In this document: positions 42,201-54,913 of the stretch, piece by piece
Layout: every line of letters starts with the position of its first letter
How positions within the stretch are numbered: position 1 is the stretch's first letter
Assembly (NCBI RefSeq): GCF_964355755.1
Contig: NC_092677.1
Location: 27,453,175-27,517,174, forward strand
Source: Antedon mediterranea
Lineage: Eukaryota > Animalia > Echinodermata
Reading direction: 5' to 3'
Length of the DNA stretch: 64,000 bases
Notes under the pieces: model-generated
The model's database searches: none
Told to the model about the DNA's origin: nothing
Seen by the model: only the letters and a program-made list of their open reading frames with translations
Position numbers and translations under genes: made by a program

Positions 42201-44367
42201 TGTCAGTTGATTTAAAATAAAGAACATTTTTGGTTTTTTAAATTTATTTATTTTTTCCTGTAGGAACAACAGCAGCAAGATGGCCAAGTTAAAGTGTTAG
42301 TGAGCCCTCTAGTGACCATTACCTCGTCCGATAATAATGATACTAACAGCACACCTTGGTCAGATGAAAGTAAGGTTATACCAAAGAGATTGAATAATTA
42401 ACTAGAGTCTGCAATATACAGCAGCGATGTGATACCAATAGGGCAGGTGCTAAAATGGCTGCCACATATCTATACTCTTTGTGTGTGTTTTAAGACACCA
42501 CAATTTAACATTTGGACATACAGTGAACTTTAAAACAAATTAAATGTAATATGTCATCTATTAAAATTTCAGTAATATTAACATTTTTCAGGTGCAGAAA
42601 AAACCAAAGGGTTTGCCACTGATGTGGAAGTACAGAGCATAGTTGATTTGTTATCAGGAGGACTAAAACCACCAGTTCACTCTACTCAACTCCCAAAAAC
42701 ACACCCTGAAACTTTAATGGTTATAGCAAATACCAACCACCAACAGGAAGGTCACAGCCCTGGATGGAATACGCAAACAAAAACTACCCCCACCTATGGT
42801 AATTTCAACCCTCACTACCAAGAGGATGAATACTCTGATAAAAGGTGGGCTAATTCTGGCGTTTACCCAACCCAGCAACCTGGCAAGACTAAGGGTATCG
42901 AGCACACTGGGGAACAAATTGAGTTTGCACAATATTTAGCTAAGAACTTTTTTAAGAAGCAAGGGGGATTGGCTGATGAAGGTCACGCATTAAGCCTAGC
43001 CTCTCAGTGGAGTATGAGTGAAGGCAAGATGAATAGGACATGGCCCTCTATTGACCCACATGCTGCTGATGGGTAGGTTTACTTTCTTTTGTTATGGACC
43101 TTTTGATTTAAGACGGGCCCTCTGGGACACCATACTTTGACTGAAGTAAATATTTAAATCAGTTAGACTTAGGATCCACGAATTTTGTGTAGCTGGACCT
43201 AGAATTAGCCCAAATTGCAGAGGAACCAATGAGGGAGGCATCCCAATGTCATGTGAACGGCATCCCAATGTCATGTGAACATAATGTAGACCTAATTAAT
43301 AGTTTCCAGGTCATAGGTCATCGAAATTCAAAATCTCCCTAGTTTTAATTTGGCTAAATATCTTTCTCTCTCATACTTAACGTAGATTCTGATTGTTAAA
43401 AATGTTGAATATGTTTTTTTATTAGGTCTGACATCATCAACCATAGCTGGCCTATGGGGCATGACTCTGGTAGCTCCAGTGATGGGGAAGAATCGGCCAG
43501 TGGAGATACCTACTCTATGGGGCTAGGTTTATCAGGGCCTGGCCTTATGGCTTCTGTCAACAGAAGGTGAGTACAACAACTAAGTTTTTAGAATAAGTGT
43601 GTTTAGGAGCAGAGCAATGTTGATACCACTATGGTCGCTTAATTCTGCCTCCAACTGAATTACTTTTTATATGCCAGTCAGATGTATACAGTTGGTAGTT
43701 ATTTATGATTTAAGTGGACGTTCTCAACTCCTACTAGACTCATCTACCTGGTTGACCACTGTAAGTTAGATGTTAATTAATTTATTTTTTGTAGACGGCA
43801 TAGTAGTGGTGGAGAGGAGAGTTTACATATTCCAGGTGTCTTTAATGCTATTACTGAACCACCTGTGAAGTACCCATCTGCTCTGCTTGATGTTCAGTTG
43901 GTGAGTATTTATCATTTTCTTATTGGCTGAACTGTTCTTATTGTCTGTCAACTGTAACATTACAAATAGATAGTGAGATAAATGTTTAATGTATGAAGTA
44001 ATTGAAGATAAGTAAATTATTTTTGTTTTAGGATCCTAAGTCTGTTCGAACCTGGCCTCCTAAGAATGCATGGCAGAGGCCTTCTTCACCCCAGCCACCA
44101 AACAACAATCAATATATAGTCAACCACCAGGAACAGCTAGACGTACATCGACCCCTGCAGGCACAATGGAGTGATCCATTATCAGTTCGTCATTCAAACG
44201 TTTGGGGACCTGCAACAGGATCGACCCCTGTCTCTCCTGCTTCATCATTTACGTCTTTGACCACACCTCAACCTCACGGTCAGCGTCCAAAATCAACTAG
44301 CCCTCGGCCTCATCCACGATTAGATAGGAAATACGCATATAACGTCCATCAATTCCAGTCGCGATAG
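27216..44367 (+). CDS. GARRE1: GARRE1 (KIAA0355) orthologue, ~934 aa, 12 coding exons (27216-27587, 37285-37458, 39108-39236, 39718-40029, 40320-40478, 40908-41134, 41644-41905, 42264-42369, 42592-43072, 43426-43566, 43795-43900, 44032-44367)
   Basis: Phase-consistent exons and a helical BAR-like N-terminus. C-terminal motifs RTWP, HSWP, LSGPGLMASVNRRRHSSG and RTWPPKNAWQ match remembered human GARRE1 FSGPDLVAAVKQRRKHSSG and KTWPPKAPWQ. It lies next to GPI, as in human. Confidence 0.82.
29840..30010. mobile_element. Degenerate Harbinger-like MITE
   Basis: Imperfect TIRs AAATTTACACAGACGA / TCGTCTGTAAATT. Confidence 0.45.
30108..30452 (-). mobile_element. LINE (CR1-like) 3' end with (GATAT)n tail
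   Basis: Minus strand encodes NINCFKHSLKKYF, then a UTR, AAATAAA and a pentanucleotide tail at 30108-30133. Confidence 0.55.
32030..32530. repeat. 28-bp minisatellite, ~18 copies
   Basis: Unit GATCTAGCCCTATTTCTAAGTTTTCAYT. Confidence 0.95.
33924..34770. repeat. Two dispersed copies of a ~160-bp element (~33924-34080 and ~34601-34770)
   Basis: Shared CAGGGAATA..CCAGTGTARCATAGCAAAA..GCTATA..ATACAATACAAAACTATGTTTCTC..AAAAATCAGTTTGATT. Confidence 0.75.
35110..36330. repeat. 25-bp CpG-rich minisatellite, ~48 copies, in the large GARRE1 intron
   Basis: Unit GCACGTAGCCTGCGTGTGTTCCAMT with higher-order variants. It accounts for the 294-387 aa minus-strand ORFs. Confidence 0.97.
36910..37074. mobile_element. 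Palindromic MITE-like element
   Basis: Imperfect inverted arms CTCGGGCAGCGTCATACAA..GGCCCGAC / GTCGGGCC..TCGTACGATGCTGTCTGAG. Confidence 0.55.
37429..38167 (+). repeat. 75-82-bp tandem array derived from a GARRE1 exon end plus its splice donor (9 donors)
   Basis: TGGCTTAGAATGTCACAG|GTA recurs with GT at ~37459, 37541, 37621, 37696, 37778, 37860, 37942, 38018 and 38093. Confidence 0.92.
38447..38622. repeat. 39-46-bp tandem repeat, ~4 copies
   Basis: Unit GATGTGTACAGCAGCAGTATGGATTGTTGTACATATTCA. Confidence 0.9.
39443..39530 (+). mobile_element. tRNA-derived SINE head relic; similar antisense relics near 49878-49925 and 59797-59845
   Basis: A-box-like TAGCTTGGTGG and B-box-like GTTCAATCC, without a complete cloverleaf. 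Confidence 0.45.
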
Positions 44368-45307
44368 CATGCAATACACTAATCATTCACGAGCACAAAA
44401 CATGTATATAAAGTTCATATATTCCACATAAATTATTAAATGCATGCATAAATTATATAAAAATATGTATACGTACTATATTTACTCAAGTGTAATCCCA
44501 CCCTCTTCAGAATAGCAAGTGCGCTTTTGTTTGAAGACTTATACCCAAATCATTTTGCTTTTTTTTTTTGTTGGTTTTACTATTTGTTTTTGTTTCTGTT
44601 TTGTCATTAGTTTCAGGCTCTATGAGCATGTGTCGTTATGGATGTGTATGTGTACTTGGCGTTAGATATACACTACATTTGCTATTAATTAATTAGCATG
44701 TGATGTTTTAATATGTCTTTATTTGACACCCAATATTAATTTAGTTCTATTGTTAATCCCAAAAATACACAAATGCAAAATGTTATACAGTTTATTGGAA
44801 CTTGTGATGAATATAAATGCAATAATAATATTAGTATAAAATGTAGTTAAATTCTGAATATTGGAACAAAGTTTTCACTTTCTACATTGTTGCAAAAAGT
44901 CTAAAGAACAACAATAATGTTTTATAACTTTGGGTAAAGTGTGTTTTTCTTTCATTCTGTAGTGTTTCCCTCCTTGTAGTCGATGCTAAACAATTACGCT
45001 CATTTTGATTTTGTTATATATAATATATTGTGAATGTAATACATGTGTAGGGCTTTACTGAATTCTATTTGCAACACTATTCAAATTGCTGCAGATTTGA
45101 TTTTATATTTATGCATGGAATACTGACTCTTGAAATAAGTAACAAAATCTTTGCATTTTTAATATCTAAAAGGTAGATATAGACCTGTATTTCTTTAAAT
45201 CTTTAATATCTAAAAGTTAGATCAATCGTAAAATAAAATTATTTTAATTTTTTTCTGTACATACTTCGGGATTTTACACAATGTAGTTTTGAATATCATT
45301 AGTTTAG

Positions 45308-45586
45308 ATATGAATATTCATTGCAGTTTAAAAATGATGTGAATATTCATTAGGAAGTTTAAAAATTTAAATGAATATTCATTAGGAAGTTTAAAAATGA
45401 TGTGAATATTCATTAGGAAGTTTAAAATTGATATGAATATTCATTAGGAAGTTTAAAATTGATATGAATAATTATTAGGAAGTTTAAAATTGATATGAAT
45501 ATTCATTAAGAAGTTTAAAATTGATATGAATATTCATTAGGAAGTTGAAAGTTAACATGAATATTCATAAAGAAAGTTGAATATTC
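45308..45586. repeat. 31-bp AT-rich minisatellite, ~9 copies
   Basis: Unit TGAATATTCATTAGGAAGTTTAAAATTGATA. Confidence 0.9.
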
Positions 45587-45685
45587 AAATTAATAATATA
45601 GTTGTTTGCAATTGTGATATACAGATTAATGTATTTTTTATTTTGCAAAATTTATAATGTTTTGGATAATTTAGAATATTTAAAT

Positions 45686-46292
45686 GTGGGATGATGTCAT
45701 CCAATTGTGTGGTGATGTCATTCAATTGTGTGGTGATGTCATTCAATTGTGTGGTGATGCCATCCAATTGTGTGGTGATGCCATCCAATTATATGGTGAT
45801 GTCATCCAATTGTGTGGTGATGTCATCCAATTGTGTGGTGATGTCTTTCAATTGTGTGGCGATGCCATCCAATTGTGTGGCGATGCCATCCAATTGTGTG
45901 GTGATGTCATCCAATTGTGTGGTGATGTCATCCAATTATGTGGTGATGTCAACCAATTGTGTGGTGACGTCATCCAATTATGTGGTGATGTCAACCAATT
46001 GTGTGGTGACGTCATCCAATTGTGTGGCGATGCCATCCAATTGTGTGGTGACGTCATCCAATTGTGTGGTGATGTCATCCAATTGTGTGGTGATGTCATC
46101 CAATTATGTGATGATGTCATCCAATTATGTGGTGATGCCATCCAATTGTGTGGTGATGTCATCCAATTGTGTGGTGATGTCATCCAATTATGTGATGATG
46201 TCATCCAATTATGTGGTGATGCCATCCAATTATGTGGTGATGCCATCCAATTATGTGGTGATGTCATCCAATTGTGTGGTGATGTCAACCAT
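45686..46292. repeat. 21-bp minisatellite, ~29 copies, downstream of the GARRE1 stop (possibly in the 3' UTR)
   Basis: Unit GTGGTGATGTCATCCAATTGT; produces the CGDVIQL-repeat ORFs. Confidence 0.95.
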
Positions 46293-48019
46293 TTTCTTTG
46301 GTTTTGTTTGTTTTTCATTTATACACATGTATTGTATATAAACATTTAAAATATTTTACTTTTTAGTAATGCATATCAAGGGTCATATCAAATTATTCTG
46401 CTGCAGTAAACACTTAAAAAGGTTGCTAAACAATTGCATTAAACGGTAGAAAAGTTTAGTTACTGCAGTAACTGCAGTAGAATCATTTATTTAGTGTGCA
46501 TATCAAGGGTTTAGGAGTATTATTAAACAGGATTTGTTCTTGTATTTTTTATATTGTAAATTTTTCCTCAAAAACCAATGTTTGCTGGCAAACTTGGTTT
46601 CCTCAATTTTTGTGTATTTTTCAAATAAAATTAATTTCTGTAGAAAACACATCTTTTTTTTAGATAAAAGAAATGTTTTTATTAATTTTCTTTTTATCTT
46701 TTAATTTTTCTAGTTTATTACACTGTATAAAACACTGTATATAAATGTTTTGAAATTTAGCATGTATGGGCTATGTTTACATGTTCTTGGCTTTCCACTA
46801 GAAACTTAGAAGCTTTGACCAATTACAAGCGATGGTTTAAATATTCGCTTGTGATTGATCAAATTAGTTGCGCTTACATCGTTCCATTGCATCCTAGTGG
46901 GAACCAAGCATTAAAAATTGCGGTCTATTTGAGTTACATCAGAATTAACAATACAGAGTTCACACAAGCACTTATATCAGATATAACTCAGATATGATTC
47001 GGATCACCTTAAGCATAGACAGAAGAAGGGTAACTCTATTGCGTGTGTGAACAGAGCTTTTTGGTTGTTGTTTATGTTTCTGGTATCATGTTTCAAAAAT
47101 CTTTTTATGTATAGCAATTTTTTTTTCTCTACTTTGTCACTTTGTGTTACTGTATTTATAAAACAGTTTTAAACAGAGTAATATAATAATTTACATTTAT
47201 TTTGACCTTTTAAGAAGGTTAATTCAGTTTAATTTAAATTTCTACTTGAAATTATTCAAATTAATTTAAATAACCTTTGACCTGTCTTATTTAAAATTAT
47301 TTTTCCCTGGAAACTAATCACCAGTACTGCTGCATTGATTTCAAACCTTACTGTTTGATTGGTTCCCACTTGGACGCAGCATAAGCGCACCGCAAGTAAT
47401 TTGACCAATTAAAACTGTTGCTTTTAATAGGGCAAATCATTTGCGTTCAGTGTCTACAAATTTGCGTTGGCCAAATGGGAAACAAACCTTAATGATAAAC
47501 TGCGTAACGTGGAAAATTTGTCTTTTTATATTTCACAACATATTGGTTGTAAACTTCAAGTTGTCCTATTCTTGTGGATATTGGTGCTACAAATGTTTCT
47601 TTTATTAATGTTTCCTTTGCAATAATGCAGGCTTTTTTAAGATAGTAAACAGCGTTCTTTTCGTCTGCTTTTTCTAGAGACAAAATGTTCGTATATTAGT
47701 GCCACTTTTATTTATTTTGTTTACAAAATGCTTTTTTTTTATTTTGCAAGTTGATTTGTCTTGTGTTTATTTTCTTGGCATTCATAACTCCACCCCCTCC
47801 CCAAATATTGGTAGTTTAAGAATATTAGTAAAATTCCAGAAAATGCATGTGTTATTCCAAAAAGATTCTGTAAAAGTAACATTCCTGTTGATATTTAATT
47901 TATTTCTTTAAGAGCATTGGGATTCGGGCTAGTCTTGGCAGCCTTGTATAGCCAGTCCCCAACTGTAAACATTACCATATTTTCGAAAAATGTTTTCATC
48001 TGGTTTCTATATTAAATAA

Positions 48020-48143
48020 CTGTATACAATTCTTTACGTTAAACCAGTATAGATACATACGTGTGCAACGTTTGTTGACAACAAGTCGAAACGTTGCACA
48101 TGTACGTATATATTACTGGTATAATGTAAAAAATTGTATACAG
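48020..48143. repeat. ~124-bp imperfect palindrome (fold-back element)
   Basis: CTGTATACAATT..CCAGTA..GTGCAACGTTT / AAACGTTGCAC..TACTGG..AATTGTATACAG. Confidence 0.8.
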
Positions 48144-50410
48144 GCATTACCAAATTGTTAGCTCCCCACAATCCTATTTTTGTTATTTTTATTTTATTTT
48201 ATTCAATCGAAACCAACAGTGATAATTACCGCCACTAACAGGTTAATTATTTTATGTAAGACTAGTTTTTTATTTTTTTATTTATGTCACTAAATTATGT
48301 ATGGTTGTTACTGGTATACGATCTTGCAAATGAACTTTTAAATATTTGACTGATTTTTAAAAATTTTGATTACTAAAATAAATTTGTTTTCATTTAATTT
48401 GGTTGGTACAAACTTGTACACTTTATTGCATCAGTGTGAGAGACGCACATGATAGTTTTGGTTTTGTTTTTAAGAAATAAAAATACTGTTAAGATCACAA
48501 GATTTTATATTTGTGTATTTGATTGTTTTCGTTTTGTTGTTCATTTATTTTGTTTCACATTTATATAATATAATACAGTGATAAAATAAAAATATACAAA
48601 GCAATGAATGAATGAATGAAAAAATAAATGAATGAAAACGGTCCAGGACAACTGCCATTAAATTTAAATAATAGATTAAATATTAAAATAGCATTTTGGT
48701 AAGGTAATGAGAATTTACTTTTGATAATCAGAAGATTCAGTATTTCGGAATATAATTCTCAGGGGAGAATTTACATTTGATAATCTGAATATTCAGTATT
48801 TCGGCATATAATCAATATGATGTCATTACAATTTCTCCTAAACTAATTATGTATTGCTGCCCTCTTTAGTTTAGAAATAATTTAAACTTTAGGCAGACTA
48901 TCTAACTTTCAGAAAAATGTTCCTGAATGAAATTCTGGAAGACCTGCTAAATTGTATTCTTTTCTCCGATAAATACAGGCTTATGGTAACTATTAAAACA
49001 TTTAATGTATATGTTTGTGATCATAACTACCTAAAGCATCACTTAGAGTTCTTTATTTACGAATTTAGATAAAATAATTCATTATATTAGTGGTTGAATT
49101 TTCATAACCAAGATTCAGGCCTAGATTATGAAGTTAGCCTGTCTGGCTCCAGCTCCACACGTGCGCGTACTCTACTAAGTAAGTACTTGGGCTGTGTTGC
49201 GGAAGAAATTTTGTCTGCTACTATTGTATCAAATGTTATAACTTCCTGGGTTTTGCCTCTTTAATATTTATATTTAAATTGTTATTTTGTTAACTTTGAA
49301 AGAGAAAGAAATAAAGAACATTTTAGTGCCTTCAAATAAATGTCTTATTTTTATTGATAGTTGTGTTGATTGAAATCAACTGATTAATAATTTCCGCTGC
49401 AGTTAAACTAGGGCCTAAACTTAGCCTATAAACACAGAACTCAAATTATTTTTAGCTTTGGGAGGTAGAAGTACTGTAATACAAACGTACGTCTCAGTTT
49501 GAGATTTCTGAGAACTGCAAAATTCAATTAGTTTAAAATTCAATTTACTCTGTTTTACACCCCTAGGCATTTGCACAATTTGTGGCCCAATTTTAAAGAG
49601 TTCAAGCAACAAGGTCATACAATGTCAGCCTAACTAACTAACTTAGAAAGAAAGAAAGAAAGAAACTCAATTGACAATTTATGTAGTAGCATTAGCATAT
49701 TGTAATAATGTGATTTAGTTTCATAAGGCCTGGTACGGGTAAGAGTTCCTAACATGTGTGACAGACTCCACCTTTTGGCTGAGGGAGAGTCGATCTTCCA
49801 AGTGTCGCACTAGAATCAAGGGTTGTATCATCATTATCCTCTTATCAGCACAAACTCATCAACACACGAAAAATGATACTCAGGCAGGATTTGAACTCAT
49901 GACTTTAGGATTAGTAAGCAAATGTTAATGTATATAACTAAAGTCTGAAAACATTTAAAAAGTCAATTAACAAGTATCCACTGAGCAACAATGTCATTTA
50001 TTTAATTTTATTTTTTTAGGAATTACTTTCAAGAACAATTTAAAAATACCCTTTGAAATAATGGAACATTCTAGTACTGTAGGTAAGTAATATTGGACCA
50101 ATCAGGAAAGGTCATTTTATTGACTTTATTTAACAAAACAAACTTCAACACTGAGCTCATGTTTTATATTTTTATTATTTCTTTAAATTAGCAAATAAAA
50201 CTGAAAATAGAACAAATAAATGAATGCTTTGTAACAAATCTACTACTACTATTATAAATTGCCATGCTAGTTTCTTTGATTTCACCATGAGACAAAAATA
50301 AGATTAGTAAACGCTGGTTTTATTCTTAAACAGAGTAAAGACTAAAATATAAAAGGGCCACAATTGTAGGCCTTAGTAACAAACAATGATGAACTATAAG
50401 GTACAAAATA

Positions 50411-50566
50411 CTGTAAAGCCACAATTCTTACGGCCTTAAAATTTCTACAGTATTAACTATTTTGCGACCTTCATTTCATGTTTCACGATTTTCATGCGTT
50501 CTTGTTTTTCACGTTCGTTGTTCAATTGCAAAAATTAAGGGCGCACACACATTTGGGGCTTTACAG
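50411..50566. mobile_element. Tc1/pogo-type MITE
   Basis: TIRs CTGTAAAGCC / GGCTTTACAG flanked by TA. Confidence 0.65.
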
Positions 50567-52028
50567 TAGCTGGCGATACTTAACTTTTTACACATACAAA
50601 CATCTGTAAACTCATTGTATTTAATTTATCATAATTGAAATTGTTAGTCATTCATTTACACCTGGGTTAATAAGATTACAGCAAAAATGAATTGTTATTC
50701 AGGAGTTTCTGTTTCAGGAAATTACGCATTATTACAAAAGCTAGTTTCATTTCATACTACCTGAAACCCTGAAACTAAAAAAAAACTCTTTTGTTGTTTA
50801 AATTCGTAAGCAGTTCATAACTTAATGTTGCGATTTGATGAATCCATGTGGCCATGTTGATTGGCTAAACATATCAGCCACCCATTGGTCAATTCCAATC
50901 AAACTCAACTTTGTATAGTATTCTTTCATGCTATTTATTTAACTTTTTTAAAAAGAAGGGATTCTTTAAGCTTTCGTTAGTTATTTGTAAAAAATTATGC
51001 AGTTAAACATTTAAACTTAGTCATTAATAAAAGGAAAAAATTGTTTTGTTACTACATTATATTCACTATAAGTATTTCTGATTAGTATGTTGTAATACTC
51101 AATGACAAATAAAATGTTAAAATATCAAAAACTGTGTAATTCATTTTCTCCACTAATTTAGTTTATAAAATAAAATGTATATTTACAGTTATGATAATAT
51201 ATTTGTTTAAAAGCTTTCTATTAATGCAATATACTATTTAAGTAATTTAATATTATTAAATTATTAATTCATCTTTTGTTATTTTTATTTGGTTTGTATT
51301 ATTATACAGACATGCTCATGCTAAGTACACGCATAAGCTGGACGGAAAACATTTCACACCGTTTTAACTCCTAGCACACAAACATCATCTATTCCTGAAA
51401 CTTACAGAAAAATAACAGCCAACATTGTTAAAATCCATTCTAAAAAGACTCATTTTTGTTCCCTTATCTTTAGTCTTATCACAATTATTTGTCCCTGAAA
51501 CATCTTAAAAAAATAATAACCCTCAAAAGATCCTTCAATTTGATATTTTAATTTTATTTTTATTCAATAAAATGTTAATATGTTTTTCTGTTTTAAATAA
51601 TTAGGAACTGATGTCATATTGAATGTCAGCACTTTTTGTCCTCATTACTTATAAACTGTTTTTTATTTTCATTTCGAAATAATTGAAGTAAAAGCAGGAA
51701 CAAACATTAACTTACATCGAAGTGGTCAATAATTCTAGATATTTAACATTCTTTGGATGAATTTTTAACCCTGATACATTTTGGAATAGATAGAAAGTAA
51801 AGAAAAGATTTCGAAAATTGAATTAGCCGAGATTTCCGGATTAAATTGTACCAAAACAAAAAGTATTTGTTAATCTAAATATAACTAGGTATGACCGATA
51901 AGAAAGAACTTAGAGTTCCCAAAAGAGTATGACTAATCATAACAAAGACAAATTGTAATTTATTAAGACTTGACATACCACAAAATATTCATTAGTCAAC
52001 TTTTAAGTACTTGCTTAATAAAGTACCG

Positions 52029-52212
52029 TTTTGGGAATATCACTACCATATTTGGGAATATCACTACCATATTTGGGAATATCACTACCATATTTGGGAA
52101 TATCACTACCATATTTGGGAATATCACTACCATATTTGGGAATATCACTACCATATTTGGGAATATCACTACCATATTTGGGAATATCACTACCATATTT
52201 GGGCACATCACA
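52029..52212. repeat. 21-bp tandem array (~8.5 copies) expanded inside a family-B MITE
   Basis: Unit TTTGGGAATATCACTACCATA, followed by the MITE end CACATCACAC..TTTGATGGTGTAGACAG. Confidence 0.92.
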
Positions 52213-54913
52213 CTTGTTTGATGGTGTAGACAGTGCTTTATTTAGAAGCTTGTGATCGAAAGGTCACTTTTTATTTCATCAACCGGCTTTTTAAATGTCA
52301 AAACAATATAGTGACGTCCCATGGTATTAGTAGAAAATAGTTAGGATCACAATATTTCTTGGTATTCAGACGCACTTAATCTATTGGCTTAAAACGCAGG
52401 TAAGTTCATAATTCTATTGAAATATCTTAGATGGATATATTTAGATATTGGCGAGCATTCTCAGTATGAAATAATTACTTTGTCATTAGTTTTATTTTGA
52501 AATTTGATTTTGCCGAACAAACAACTTTTGGCTTTTTGCTAAATACACACAAACGTACTAAATCCGACTTAAACAGTGATGTAGCCACAAGAAATAAAGT
52601 AGTGCAGTTGTCGCAATAATAGGGAGCAATCTTTCTTCAAGCCACTGAGTTGTCAAAGTTGTGAAAAAGTGGTCAGGTTGACCGTACCGGTGGCTATGGC
52701 CCAGTGTAAAGTACTTGTGCATTTGCAAATATTTTACCTGTGCTGATATTTTGATGATATAAAAAAATAAATAAAATATTGAATTTATGATGTGTTATAC
52801 TGCATTGCTTTCAATATATAATATACTTGAGTTATGAAAGGCTAGAACAGCTTATTTCTCTAAATAATGTTGTTTACGATTTCTTTTAAAGTCTGCAAAA
52901 CTGCAAAAACAAAATGTTTTTATGTTTCTTATATTATTATATGCAATAGTTTGTTCAAAAGTAAATCATCCCTAGGCCAATGTATCCCGGTAATTTGATA
53001 TGTAGAACAAGTATAACCGTGCAACCTTCTCCCTGACCCCAGGGAAGTTTTCCTAATTGAAACTAATATAACACCAGACAAATGTCATTCCAAAGTTGTT
53101 CATATCGTACCAATTACACATTTATACTCATGGGTGAGAGTAAGTTTACTTATCCAAGTCCACAATATGACCAATGCTACCATTTAAATAGTTGTTTGGA
53201 AAAAACATCGTTCGTTGATCCAACATTTCCAATCATTGTTGAAATTATGACTATACCATTTTTACATTTATGAAATTGGACCATACCATTTTGACACTTA
53301 TCATATTTGATTCAGGACTTGCACATTTAGTATTGTGTTTTCTTGAATACTTAATATGTTATTTAAAAAGTTACTACACAACAAATGTTAAACATATTGA
53401 ATAAAAAAAACCAGATTTTTAGATGTTTCCAAATCGAATACTCCATTTGGCAAAATAAAGCAACTCTCTAATGAGTGAGGCAATGGTAAGTAGAAGAACA
53501 GTTGAGCTCAGATGAAAGGAAAAAAGAGCTCTTCTCCTACCATCTTCATCAACAATAATTTAATGAATATAAAAAAATATTAAATTACCAAGAACCTTAC
53601 AAATCGTTGAATTTTATTATAGTAAGATTATGATATATTTTGTTATTTTTAGAAGTCTTAAAGTTGAGACATACTAGAGACAGTATTCCTAGACAGTTTA
53701 TAACACAAAACTCCAAACAAAATTACTACAAAATCGTCAACGGACTATTTATAACTTATTGTAAATGAGTATCACAAAGTTGTGTCGCTCTCTGTGATCG
53801 TTACGATTCAATAATTGAATCATATTAACTAGAGGTTTTTATTTGATGAAATCTACATAATTTGACAAAAAGTGATTAAATTGTAATGCAATTTAAAGTC
53901 TTCAAGATTATTCAATTTGGTACAAGTCATGTTGAGATGTAAAGGTCAAATGTCATCACATATTATCCCATTTTACACAAAGGAATTTTCCACTATGCTT
54001 TTGATGATGAATGCAAAGATTTGCTAAAAATCATCTTCTGTTTTACTCCAATAATATCAAGCTTTTGTTTTGGGAGAAATGAGACATTTTATACAAAATA
54101 TTAATCAGTGTATGCATATAATCCCAGAATACACCATTGTGTTGCTATAGTGATAGATAGGGCAAAGAAGAAACATATTGAACGATTCAATTCAAGCAAA
54201 AGTTGTTCTTGTTCGTGATTACTAACAGCTTGATAAGTTGCCTCATCTTGTATTGTGGATAGCAAAGGCTAAAAACTATACATGAAAAGTTGCATGTCTA
54301 CCAACCTGCATAGGATGTGGTTTAATTTATTCTAATAATGTCGTTATGGCCATTTTTTGGAAAGAGAAAAAATTGTGCAGCCGATAAAAAGCCAGGATAT
54401 GACACCATACTGAACACTGATGCAAATCGTTTGCCTTATTAGTCAAAAATATGAAGAGTGGCATTTTAAATCTAATCTAAAAGTATATCTGGATAGTCAA
54501 GATTTTTTTTTGCTGATAAATTTTATTTCAATTTCATAAATGTAGAAAGAATCACTTTCTAAAACCCTGACAGAACTTTTGTGAGATGATTAAGGACAAT
54601 TTTTGGTATTCATTTTCCTAACTATTATAATAAATACATGCGGTTTCAGATCATATAAAAGACCAGATCACTTTACAAAAGTTTTGGTTTCATTAAAATT
54701 TACAACATTAGAAGCATGGTAGAATATTTAAAATATAATCTAACAACTCATACAACGACAGGAATATAAATTATACAAAAGTTATCATAAACACCACTAA
54801 TAAAGTATCTTAACTTTAAGTAATCTTAAATCTTAATTAAATACTTTACTTAACAGCTGCCACCATATTATTCAATTTCTTTTGCAAAATTTCCAAGTAA
54901 GCGTAAATCTTCT

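Noticed and set aside
45684-46349. 221-aa CGDVIQL heptad-repeat protein
   Set aside because: The 21-bp minisatellite is open in several frames on both strands, and there is no signal peptide, splice support or promoter.
51970-52255. FGNITTI / WEYHYHI repeat peptides
   Set aside because: These are translations of the amplified MITE core.
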